From positions 33,632 to 97,631 of the IMG/VR virus record IMGVR_UViG_3300009129_001478: 64,000 bases of DNA. One strand, written 5' to 3'. How positions within the stretch are numbered: position 1 is the first letter of the stretch; the number at the start of each line of letters is the position of its first letter. Source of the DNA: a virus. The translations under genes were made by a program, and so were the position numbers. The notes beneath the pieces were generated by a model, which searched no databases, had not been told where the DNA came from, and saw only the letters and a list, made by a program, of their open reading frames with translations. This document shows positions 45,301-54,068 of the stretch, one piece after another.

Positions 45301-47195
45301 CAAACTATACAGGCAGTCTTTTAACAAGATCTGATGTCCGCGCATCTAGTGTTAGATATTGGACAGATCATTTCCCCACTGGAACCTTGGATCTCCAAGC
45401 CAAGGAGACGGATACACACGGACGCCTAAGACCTTACAGAAATGCGTATTCTTTCCAATCACAAAATCCAAATGTTTATATCCCCCGCATTCAGACTCTT
45501 GCTCTTAATTGGGATTTTGCCGACATTACTGGAAGCGATACGTCAGGACAGTTTACGGTACAAGACATATCTTCAGGATCGGTAGCTGCCGATTATCCAA
45601 GCCAATACCAAAAGGCAATGTTCAGTAACATCAATTTGCGGCAGCATTCTGGACGAGGTGACTTCTTCGCTGCCAGTGCAACACCAGTTCGCAAGGAATA
45701 TGTTTATACTGAAAAACTACAAGTCCCTGAATATGTTGGCGGCGAAGAAATGGTTCAGGCTCTCAATTCCGATGAGCAGACTTTTGGAATTTATACAAGA
45801 CCTGAGACTTTCTACTTTGCCGTAGAACGAAGCATGTATCGCAGTATCTCCAACAGGATGCTTGAATTATTCGCCAGCATTGAGGATTTCAACAATCTCA
45901 TCGGCGAGCCTGTAAATAAATACCGCTTAAACTATAAGCGCATGGAAAAGGTCCGAGAGATATTCTTCCGGAAGGTAAGAAACGATATTCCAGACCTAGA
46001 GAAATATATTGATTATTATAAGTGGCTAGACACTTCAATGAGTCAGGTGATTGAAGAGTTTTTCCCTGAATCTGCTCGCCACGCATCTGATGTTCGTAAA
46101 ATTGTTGAGAACCACGTTCTTGAGCGTCCAAAAATCCAGCATAAGATTTCAATACTAAGAGACCGACACCCCGGCGGCACCCCCGGTCCATCTGGTTCTA
46201 TTAGGGGATCTGTCTGCCTGGATTATCCTGGCTGGGGCAAAAACCATAGACCAATCTCCGGACTCCAAACTCAGAACTGTTTTTGGTGGCAGACAAGAGC
46301 CGAACGAGATGAGCCACCTCTTGTAGTGACTGCCGGCAACCTGCCATCACGCAATGCTGTTCTCAACGCCGCTCAAAAAGATGCAAACTCTCATTCTCTG
46401 ATTTGTTTATCAGCTAACATCATTCCTCCGTATTACGGCGGCATCAATCAGTATCTTAATAAGAAGCGCCGCTTCCGTGATTTAACCTTTGATAGGTTTG
46501 AGCCACTTGAAGATTGCACAGATGAAGATGTTCCGAACGAAAAGAAGAAGATTGCCTTCAGGGCAACCAAAGACGGCACGCTCTACAAAGGCAGCCAGAT
46601 CACACCGTTCACCGCAGTAAGTTCTAGCATCCTTTCAGGTTATAATGCAGAACTTAACAGTTCAGGCTTGACAGGTATCTCTCTTACTAACCTCCACGAA
46701 GACAGTATCCTTCCATATCGTCACAGTGTTCCTATGCAGGGACCGTTCCCTCAACGCTGGGTCGGTGGTATCCAAGCACGTCACAACGCACCATTTAGAA
46801 CAGTAGATCGCGCTGAAGAATACAGTTTAGAGATTACCACCGGCACTGGCTCCATAACAACCTTAACCATAGAAAACCAACCTAAAGGTCAATACCTAAG
46901 AGGGCTGGCTTCCAAATCACCTGTCAACATATCCAATATCAAAACCGTCATTTCTGAACACACCACTCCCGATGGTGTCCGAGTTGTCGGAAACTATTCA
47001 AAATATTATGAAGTCGTACAGGGCAATGATCGCTCAGAAACCAATATGGACTTTGTGTTCAACAACGATCATTACGCCTACAGTATGCCATCAGCATTTC
47101 TAACCCCTCCCGCGCGCAGAACACTAGGATTAACAGGTTCAGCAGATTACCCAGCACCTCGCCAGCGTCAAGCTGTCGCAGCTACTGCAATCTAG
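42354..47195 (+). CDS. Giant baseplate/tail-associated protein, N-terminal part (LamG-like domains; ends at an in-frame TAG)
   Basis: NFVKFGSA, LSASIDEFRFW, KSKGTEKSIR. The frame continues past TAG 47193-47195 into the next ORF, giving 3599 codons in total. Confidence 0.75.
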   Translation: MSVKKLFDNNKQIVTVGKFLKLSAPDALGDGIESDAHLSASIQKQDYFLPPVDYSKPENFVKFGSAEQYYSNAFNYIANYYPYDGSILERVSFYNKINPLEKYILEDLYPTSTGYVTIGADYGTVTTNATGYDSSSAEYIQIKGGPHSGSIYKESKNRTSNLEFGGSSGSSVEFFLKKNSASDGISSSEKQVIFDLWNGASDTSATATAIIITDGTPIAPDDGKTIIITNYDGTTATFTLTAGTRSSTEIDRSAIGNANDFATEIKASMDLAVAAGLIKGTVSAVENDANGNPRMITITAGLAGTIGNKAVSGTFITGGGGELVCNPAGNDPASGNGTLAFTGGVDGGYGRMRIELRSPTEDRFYVTMLSGATGFSSIPVPTTGNIDITDGVFRNFAFVFNTSGSIPTLDFFVNGACIQTGITSSAISAIGLVTGSMIGNIGALRTDIEGSPGAAEGYGKLSASIDEFRFWKTSRNDEQIGRYWFDNVGGGTDKYDANVGLGVYLKFNEGITQTASVDKICLDYSGRLSNGTFTGYSNTYSRNTASAIDSLSLESVKEVGDPIIRTSNPLYITTKADYVLTGSNYDYNNNSRLLNHLPNWIIEEEENGENEIVSVTQILSSYFDTLYNQLTALKELRHLKYISGSATGSINEYPYNDRLVESMGLEMPEFFQNAGTLQQFLKRDEQINFEQRLVGVKNSIYKNIYNNLSFILKSKGTEKSIRNFIRCLGVSEEVIALNTYPDNSDYEIKSNYYSTTSTKRFADFTGFLNQDDVKATVYQYPDSSNINSKGFVTGSVNLEEFAFSLQSEIVFPNKDNPELLPYVMPRVVTSSLMGFHTPFDSDQTSTDMTWQTAGNDYGLQVYAIRSPGEYPKVYSPNYRVRDAYFVVKDRAGTTLLTSSIFNDVYDNQKWNFTLSLRPKKYPFADGINGASVSTDGYTLELYGVNYDTGIKRNSFLASADMTYNAAAPIVESNKRVYVGAHRTNYTGSLLTRSDVRASSVRYWTDHFPTGTLDLQAKETDTHGRLRPYRNAYSFQSQNPNVYIPRIQTLALNWDFADITGSDTSGQFTVQDISSGSVAADYPSQYQKAMFSNINLRQHSGRGDFFAASATPVRKEYVYTEKLQVPEYVGGEEMVQALNSDEQTFGIYTRPETFYFAVERSMYRSISNRMLELFASIEDFNNLIGEPVNKYRLNYKRMEKVREIFFRKVRNDIPDLEKYIDYYKWLDTSMSQVIEEFFPESARHASDVRKIVENHVLERPKIQHKISILRDRHPGGTPGPSGSIRGSVCLDYPGWGKNHRPISGLQTQNCFWWQTRAERDEPPLVVTAGNLPSRNAVLNAAQKDANSHSLICLSANIIPPYYGGINQYLNKKRRFRDLTFDRFEPLEDCTDEDVPNEKKKIAFRATKDGTLYKGSQITPFTAVSSSILSGYNAELNSSGLTGISLTNLHEDSILPYRHSVPMQGPFPQRWVGGIQARHNAPFRTVDRAEEYSLEITTGTGSITTLTIENQPKGQYLRGLASKSPVNISNIKTVISEHTTPDGVRVVGNYSKYYEVVQGNDRSETNMDFVFNNDHYAYSMPSAFLTPPARRTLGLTGSADYPAPRQRQAVAATAI
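42966..43391 (+). repeat. Dispersed in-frame coding repeat, copy 2
   Basis: ATATAIIITDGTP...LAFTGGVD, 426 nt, no indels relative to copy 1. Confidence 0.92.
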
Positions 47196-47600
47196 ATTAC
47201 AGATGGTACACCGATTGGAGCCGATGACGGTAAGACAATCGTCGTTACAAATGATGATTTAACTGTAGCTACTTTCACTTTGACGGCAGCCACACGCTCT
47301 TCTACACAAATTGATCGGTCTGCTATTGGTAATGCTAATGATTTCGCTACTGAGATTAAAGCTTCTATGGACCTGGCAGTAGCCGCTGGACTTCTCAAGT
47401 GTACAGTATCTGATGTTGAGAATGATGCCAACGGCAATCCAAGAATGATTACGTTGACTTCTGCGATTACTGGACAAAAAGGTAATCAACCTGTGGCAGG
47501 AACGTTTATTACTGGCGGCGGCGGAGAGTTAATTTGCAATCCAGCCGGCAACGACCCTGCTGCCGGCAATGGAACTTTGGCATTCACAGGCGGTGATGAC
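47175..47600 (+). repeat. Dispersed in-frame coding repeat, copy 3 (contains the TAG at codon 7)
   Basis: VAATAI*ITDGTPIGADDGKT...LAFTGGDD, 426 nt. Confidence 0.92.
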
Positions 47601-50600
47601 GCAGTTCGCACGAACCAGACAATCTTTACTGACCGATTTGCTGCACCTGGCTCCAAGCAAGATTCTAAACAACAATTTAGGGATGTGAACTCTGATCAGT
47701 TCTCTCCCAACAATGCGCTGCCCTTCAGAAACATGGCAGTACGTCAACCTTATCACAAGGATTTGACTGAACATTCACTGTTTGGCGGTGTTGTTGGTGT
47801 TGCTACTGGTAGTGCTGTTCTTATTACAGATTCCGCGCCAATTGCTGCCGATGACGGCAAAACAATCGTCCTCACCAATTTTGACGATACAACCGTAACC
47901 CTTACGATGACTGCTGCCACAACCTCTGCTACACAGATCTCGCGCGCAGCGTCAGGTAATGCTGATCTCTTTGCTATTGCCATCAAGGCTTCTCTAGACT
48001 TGGCCTTCGCCGATGGGACTTTGAAATCTAGAGTTTCGGCAGTTGAGAACGATGCCAACGGCAATCCAAGAATGATCACCCTGACTTCAAAAGTCGCGGG
48101 AACAAGAGGAAATAAATCAGTATATGGAACATTAATAACCGGTGGTGGCGGCGAAGTAATTTGCAACCCTGCCGGCAATGATCCAGGGCTAGGCAACGGT
48201 ACACTAACCTTCTTGGGCGGAACAGACAAACCTTCAGTACACAAAACCCCAATGAACCGGGTCAACCAACTTCTGATTGACACAACCTTCCCAACGACAA
48301 CTGTCATCACGGGAAGTACATTTGATAATGGTTATGTGACTAGAGCTTTGCCGGCTGCTGACAGATCTCAGTGGACTTCTTATATTTCCGGCTCAGACAA
48401 CGCTTCGGTTTATGGTCAATATGTTGCTTTGCGTTCTCGCTACCCTGCAAACATCTCTTTTGTAACTCAAAGTCTCAACTCTGTTTCAAGCTGGGATTCT
48501 GCCCTTGTCTTTGATTTAGCATATACAAAAAAATTCAAGTGGTCTAAGAATCGTGATTTTGTACCATGGAAGCAAATAAGCAATGGTACAAGCCCATATG
48601 CTAAATTCTATACACAGAAGAACACCTACAATATTCTCCCGCAAGAAATAGAGACCGTGCAGGATGGAACCGGATTATCAATGATTTCCTATGCTGATGG
48701 TTCTCGTGGGACTTTGCCAACTACTGCGCGACAAGTTACAGATAGGAAGGGAAATACTTCTAATTATTATTATTCTGTTTCCCTCAGAGAAGCGCCAATC
48801 ACCTCTAGGTACAAGCCTTTAATCCACCAAATCAAGACCCCACTGGGAACACCGGCAAAAACGTTGGGCGAGAAAATAACTGTAAGTATGAAATACAGTT
48901 ATGGTAACGAGTTGATGGGTTTTGCAAACAGAGAACTCAATCGCCAATTAGATGGTGGATTGAAGTTTTCTTACGGGAAAATAAAAAGACCTTATGAAAT
49001 ACTAAGAGATCAGTTTGTACCACCAACTCCTCGCGTTGTCAATGGTGCAGATCTTATTAAGGTGTTCTCATATCCTGAAACAATTTATCCTAAAGAGATT
49101 TATACATATTTCTCTGGCTCCAGAGCCCGGCTGTCATTTATCAATGATTTCTGGAGGAGTGATATAGCGGTTGCGAGCTATAATGTGGGTGCTTTCACTT
49201 CCTATGTTAACCTTCGGAGCGAAGAAAACAAGCTAGCTTACAATAGGCAGCTTTCCCGCGTTCAAGGAAATTTTGTAACATCCCAGGGTTACGCAGTCCA
49301 AGCTTCAGAACAAACACCATATAATTCATTGGACGCTTCCCATCCTATTGGGACTGGTAATGGCTCTGGGTCCATGTGGCCACTTGATTCATATCTATAT
49401 TCTGATTCTACAGGATCTTTGGTCACGATTTTGACAGCTTCTGCTCCTGTAGTTTTTGCCGATGCGGCAACAATGCCTTGCGGCGAACTAATGATGACCC
49501 ACTATGGAACGATTAATGATAAGGTGACCAATGTTTCTTTCCGCGACGGGACAGCTTCTTATGTTGCTGCAAACATTAATTCAGCACAATATGTGTATAA
49601 TATCCCTGTAACTACTTTCACCGCATACGCAACTCCAGCCGTGCCGGCAAATGCATCAATTACAGCCGTTGAGACCGTGCCAAGTATTTTGGATGGAAAA
49701 ACAATTATAATTACAACAACCACTACTGCTGTGACATTTACATTTGACCAGACAAAATTACCAAGTTCCGCCTTATTGAGGGTTAATGCAACATCTTATT
49801 TCATAGGGTGTAGCGGCGTTAGTACCACAAACGATGTTATAAATGCTATCTATACTTCTGTTTCTTTATGTAAATCAAATGCAGAGATTGATGTAACACC
49901 AGTAAACCCAGGTGCTGTTGGTGCTGTGATGCAGATTGTGGCAGATGTACCCGGCGTGGCAATGAATGGGCAGGCTATTACAGGTACAGGAATTTCCGGC
50001 GGACAATGTACTCAGATCGCTTTTTCTGGCGGCGCTGCTGGCGGAGTTGCGTTCTCGGGAGAACTACCAGAGCCTCGCGCGCCTGGTGCCGCTTATACTC
50101 GCCCGGCTTGGACTGCTGGTCGCGACCGTCGTTATGTTGACGGACCAAGAAGAGGACAAATTGCACAATCCGTATATCCATTTTATGGGTCATACGAGGA
50201 ATATGTATCAGATATTAGATTGGTTGGTAAAGACCATACAATCTTGCCAGAGTTCCGAATCAGCGAGCATGTTGAACAATACAAGAACGAAGGAGCCCTC
50301 TTTGCAGTCATATCAGCAAGTCTTGAAATAACAGGGTCTAATACCAGTAATTTTGACGGAACCAATCCAAGCTTCTATGAAAGGTTTGCCCAAACTGATG
50401 ATATTGAATTCTTGGAAGATTTTATGCCCACTGACGAAGGTGATCGTAATTTCATATTCAATAATTATCCTCGCCACTTTGAGTTGGAGTCAGAAGCCAT
50501 CGTCAAATTATTGCCCTATAGCGGCTTTTACCCGGTAGACAGAACTCTAGATATTGCCTCTTTATTTAGAACGACATATTCCCCAAATGCTGTGTTTACA

Positions 50601-53153
50601 GGCACTTCAGGCGGAACTACTCCAGCCTGGCGGTCAATTCTTAGACCTTTCTTTGCGCCAGGGATCATGTATAACTCAATCAAATCCGGACTTGCAGTGG
50701 ATTATCCCATCAGGAGGTCTGGAAGAAACGCTGATCAATATTTCCCCCTTGGTGCCGCGACCTTTGACAGTCTTAGGGGTTGTTTAAGCGGAGCTTTAGA
50801 TAGTTCCACTACTGAGGCTGGTACTATTCCCGGCAACTCTAGACGAAATAAGACAGATTTAGAGTGGGCAACCTCAACAGAGGTAGATAAATTCTTCTGG
50901 GCAGACAGGCTGCCATTTGAAACAATTCTTGATCCTGCTGCCGCACTGGAAGATGGGTTTGAAAAGCCTACCGTTCTGTCGGACATTAACCAACTTTTAT
51001 ACCTAGACGTTAGTGGCTCTATTACAACCAAGGGGCTGGATGATACTCTTTATAAAAAGGCAGTCTCCAATTTCTTAGCAAATGTACCCAAATTCTTCCT
51101 GAGCAAAAAAGAAAACAAGTTTGGCTCAGATGGGTACTTGACTAAATTTGTGGCACAGTTTGGAAAACCAGCATCAGCCGAGGGTGAAGTTTCCACCCCG
51201 GTCAGGACAGTGGGTGTCCAAAAAGATGTCGCCTATATGATGGAAATTGGACTGATGAAGACAGATGAATTCAATTTTTATAGCAACCCATATGCTTTTG
51301 GTGTCCCTACTGCTACTGGTTCTGCGGGGTGGGATACTCTGACTGCCAATCAAGTACCAAAGCCCCTGTCGTGGCCACGCCATCGCGGCGAATTTGCTCC
51401 ATTTACACCACCTCATTATTATGGCCCTTCTTTGGTTCGTATCACGTTTATGCCAGAAGGCGACAGAGAGGAATATACACTAGATGAAATTATTAACAAT
51501 GATCGGGGAGAGGTTTTTGTTCAATTCTTGAATGCGAGTGGTAGTTTTTATGATTTCACATCTGGGTCATTTGTTGACCGAGACGGCGCTGCAACCTCCA
51601 CTACGGCTACTCCTGACTATGGCTGGAACCGTGCATGGCAAAACCGAATGGACTTGGATGCCTCTATAAGTATTAACAATGAGTTTCCCACCGATCATGG
51701 AGGATTGTATAAATCTACTGACCCCAATAAGTGGGTCATCATGCCTAAGTGGGAATGCCCAACCTTAGACTTCCCAGACCGGTCAGGACCAGCAGACCAA
51801 TATGCACTTTCATCGTCAGTGTCCACAGGATTATATACTTCTTCGGCGCAGGGGATGTGGCACCAATATGGTGTGATGCCCCAGACTAACCAGGGATCAT
51901 ATTTGTATATTAAAGACATTCCCACTGGAGAACTAGAAGAATATGATTTAGTGGCAATTGCCAGCACAGTGGGCGTGAATACAGAGAGAACATATAAATA
52001 TGTGAAGAAGGTACCTGATTTTGTTTTAGAAACAAATAGATCAGTGCAGTCTTTAGCAGACTTATGTGGCTTTGATCCTGAAGAAATCATCAGATCCGGA
52101 TTTGATATGTCTAAGGCTAAACGCCTAGGAGAACTTGCAGTTGATGACGAAAAGAGTATTTCTGAAGCGATCCTAGCACTGCCTTTCTATATTGATCCAA
52201 AATTAAATAAACCCAGACTAATAACTCTCCAGGCACCTGCTGACAAACTCGGGCCTAAAATTAAGCAGTTTAGGAAGCAATTTACCAAGTTCTCGTTGCC
52301 TCCTGTTTTGGCAAGAAAGCTTTTAGGTATGATCCCACAGGGATATCCCACTATTCCTGATTTTATTAATCCTTTTGGTGGAGATGATTATGATTCCATC
52401 TTGGATGGAGAGGAAATGGCAGAAACCCCTGTGGTTTATCTAATGGAACACAAAGTTTCTTTAACAAGGCAGGATTTATCCGATATTTGGCAAGGGATTA
52501 TGCCGGAACTTTCAACTAATTTCAAACAGAGTGTTTCGGCTATAGACCATTATATGCCCGGCGACAATGTAGAAGAAGATCCCACTCGCTTCCCAGAAGT
52601 AATGAGGGAGCAGCTAAATTTAGATATGCCTCGCGACGGTCATCCAAGATATGATTTATTGGATATTGCAAAACACCCAGATCGTCTAGGGTTCTTTCCC
52701 GATATTAAATGGCTTGTTTTCAAAGTCAAGGAGCGAGGCATTCCCTCTTATACACAAATGGTTGTAGAAGAAGTTGAGGGAGATAAGGCATTTACCTATG
52801 ATAGTGTCCGGCAAATGTTCATAAATGAGGGGATGGACCAGAGAACCGCTTCGCGACTCCTCGCCGATAGGGACAACTTTTCTAAGAGTATTTATATACT
52901 CAAACATCATCTATCTGACCCAACCTATAATTGGCCATATGATTACTGCTCAGTACTTGAATTGGGTAAAATAAACACCAAGATAGGCTTCCGTCCGGAA
53001 CTTAAGACAGAGATGGAGGAATATGAAAACGAAGGAAGGTTTAGGACCAGAGAATTAGAGAGAGCAGTTGAAGAAACAAGAACGGGCTCCGGAGTGATTC
53101 CCTCGCCAGGGTTAGACCTGCGCCAAGGACTGTCACAAAACCGCCCAGAGTGA
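47280..53153 (+). CDS. Giant baseplate/tail-associated protein, C-terminal part (in frame with 42354-47195)
   Basis: 1957-aa ORF whose TTG 'start' lies inside repeat copy 3 with no RBS; frame open from 47196. Confidence 0.7.
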   Translation: MTAATRSSTQIDRSAIGNANDFATEIKASMDLAVAAGLLKCTVSDVENDANGNPRMITLTSAITGQKGNQPVAGTFITGGGGELICNPAGNDPAAGNGTLAFTGGDDAVRTNQTIFTDRFAAPGSKQDSKQQFRDVNSDQFSPNNALPFRNMAVRQPYHKDLTEHSLFGGVVGVATGSAVLITDSAPIAADDGKTIVLTNFDDTTVTLTMTAATTSATQISRAASGNADLFAIAIKASLDLAFADGTLKSRVSAVENDANGNPRMITLTSKVAGTRGNKSVYGTLITGGGGEVICNPAGNDPGLGNGTLTFLGGTDKPSVHKTPMNRVNQLLIDTTFPTTTVITGSTFDNGYVTRALPAADRSQWTSYISGSDNASVYGQYVALRSRYPANISFVTQSLNSVSSWDSALVFDLAYTKKFKWSKNRDFVPWKQISNGTSPYAKFYTQKNTYNILPQEIETVQDGTGLSMISYADGSRGTLPTTARQVTDRKGNTSNYYYSVSLREAPITSRYKPLIHQIKTPLGTPAKTLGEKITVSMKYSYGNELMGFANRELNRQLDGGLKFSYGKIKRPYEILRDQFVPPTPRVVNGADLIKVFSYPETIYPKEIYTYFSGSRARLSFINDFWRSDIAVASYNVGAFTSYVNLRSEENKLAYNRQLSRVQGNFVTSQGYAVQASEQTPYNSLDASHPIGTGNGSGSMWPLDSYLYSDSTGSLVTILTASAPVVFADAATMPCGELMMTHYGTINDKVTNVSFRDGTASYVAANINSAQYVYNIPVTTFTAYATPAVPANASITAVETVPSILDGKTIIITTTTTAVTFTFDQTKLPSSALLRVNATSYFIGCSGVSTTNDVINAIYTSVSLCKSNAEIDVTPVNPGAVGAVMQIVADVPGVAMNGQAITGTGISGGQCTQIAFSGGAAGGVAFSGELPEPRAPGAAYTRPAWTAGRDRRYVDGPRRGQIAQSVYPFYGSYEEYVSDIRLVGKDHTILPEFRISEHVEQYKNEGALFAVISASLEITGSNTSNFDGTNPSFYERFAQTDDIEFLEDFMPTDEGDRNFIFNNYPRHFELESEAIVKLLPYSGFYPVDRTLDIASLFRTTYSPNAVFTGTSGGTTPAWRSILRPFFAPGIMYNSIKSGLAVDYPIRRSGRNADQYFPLGAATFDSLRGCLSGALDSSTTEAGTIPGNSRRNKTDLEWATSTEVDKFFWADRLPFETILDPAAALEDGFEKPTVLSDINQLLYLDVSGSITTKGLDDTLYKKAVSNFLANVPKFFLSKKENKFGSDGYLTKFVAQFGKPASAEGEVSTPVRTVGVQKDVAYMMEIGLMKTDEFNFYSNPYAFGVPTATGSAGWDTLTANQVPKPLSWPRHRGEFAPFTPPHYYGPSLVRITFMPEGDREEYTLDEIINNDRGEVFVQFLNASGSFYDFTSGSFVDRDGAATSTTATPDYGWNRAWQNRMDLDASISINNEFPTDHGGLYKSTDPNKWVIMPKWECPTLDFPDRSGPADQYALSSSVSTGLYTSSAQGMWHQYGVMPQTNQGSYLYIKDIPTGELEEYDLVAIASTVGVNTERTYKYVKKVPDFVLETNRSVQSLADLCGFDPEEIIRSGFDMSKAKRLGELAVDDEKSISEAILALPFYIDPKLNKPRLITLQAPADKLGPKIKQFRKQFTKFSLPPVLARKLLGMIPQGYPTIPDFINPFGGDDYDSILDGEEMAETPVVYLMEHKVSLTRQDLSDIWQGIMPELSTNFKQSVSAIDHYMPGDNVEEDPTRFPEVMREQLNLDMPRDGHPRYDLLDIAKHPDRLGFFPDIKWLVFKVKERGIPSYTQMVVEEVEGDKAFTYDSVRQMFINEGMDQRTASRLLADRDNFSKSIYILKHHLSDPTYNWPYDYCSVLELGKINTKIGFRPELKTEMEEYENEGRFRTRELERAVEETRTGSGVIPSPGLDLRQGLSQNRPE
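47802..48227 (+). repeat. Dispersed in-frame coding repeat, copy 4
   Basis: ATGSAVLITDSAP...LTFLGGTD, 426 nt; more diverged than copies 1-3. Confidence 0.9.
49647..50033 (+). repeat. Divergent fifth member of the inserted module family
   Basis: ANASIT...LDGKTIIIT...VTFTF...PGVAMNGQAITG...IAFSGG; protein-level similarity only. Confidence 0.6.
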
Positions 53154-53163
53154 TACTTAAGAT

Positions 53164-54054
53164 ATGGTTAAGTTTTTTGATCAAAAACAAGAAGTCATCC
53201 AAATAGAGTTGACACCCTATGGAAGACAGAAGCTTTCAGATGGAAAGTTTAGTCCCTCATATTATGCCTTTTATGACACAGGGATCCTATATGACGGCTC
53301 TCATGGCGGTATAACTGAAACACAGAATCAAATAGTTGAAAGGATAAAAAATTCAACTCCAAGGTCGCGACCCGTAACTAAATTTACATCATCTGTGCGC
53401 CCTGTGATCTCTATAGCGAGCGCCAATTATAAAAACTATTTTGACCAACATGAGCCATATTGTGCAACTTATAATAGATTTCTTGGCAAAAATAATCTTT
53501 TTTCCGATTTTGCTCCATCGTGGGATATACGGGTCACAGCCACTAGTGATGTTAGGTTAAATGAACATCCCACATATGAGGCAAATAACACGTTGCCGGT
53601 TGTTTCGGCATCATTGGATATTTCTTATTCGGTTCAGAGGAGTGGGTCTTCTACTCTCTATTCTCTGGAGGAGGACGAACAAATAACCTTAGACGTGCAA
53701 GAACTAAATACAGTTTTTAGTGTCAATGGAAATTATGATCTTGAGGTATTCAAAATAGATGAACAAGGAGAAATGGAAGCCTTATCCTTTATTAATACGA
53801 GGTCTTCCAATGCTGAAAATCTTAGAGACCAAACAACACCAGCAGTTTTGACCCAAACTATTCGGGGCAATAACGAGTCTATACTGGCAGGATTTCCAAC
53901 CTTGGACAACACTTATGTAGAGTATTATTTTGATATTCTTTTAGACCAAGAGGTTCCTGGGGTAGAGATGCCTTCCAACTCAACCATATACAAGGTCAAT
54001 ACCGAGAGAAATCCCGGCAACATTTGTAAGGTTGTTACCAACGAGACTTTGTAA
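53164..54054 (+). CDS. Hypothetical virion protein
   Basis: FFDQKQEVIQIELTPYGRQKLS.GKF.P.YYAFYD; N-terminus resembles that of ORF 61111. Confidence 0.7.
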   Translation: MVKFFDQKQEVIQIELTPYGRQKLSDGKFSPSYYAFYDTGILYDGSHGGITETQNQIVERIKNSTPRSRPVTKFTSSVRPVISIASANYKNYFDQHEPYCATYNRFLGKNNLFSDFAPSWDIRVTATSDVRLNEHPTYEANNTLPVVSASLDISYSVQRSGSSTLYSLEEDEQITLDVQELNTVFSVNGNYDLEVFKIDEQGEMEALSFINTRSSNAENLRDQTTPAVLTQTIRGNNESILAGFPTLDNTYVEYYFDILLDQEVPGVEMPSNSTIYKVNTERNPGNICKVVTNETL

Positions 54055-54068
54055 CCATAGGATAAGAA

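Noticed and set aside
40891-48227. Repeats as DGR template/variable regions or inteins
   Set aside because: Differences are not adenine-specific and are largely synonymous or conservative; no reverse transcriptase in the window; no N-terminal Cys/Ser plus C-terminal His-Asn splice motifs.
40816-48310. Similar-looking minus-strand ORFs (40968, 43043, 47192, 47753)
   Set aside because: Antisense shadows of the repeated module; no RBS, and similarity is explained by the + strand repeat.
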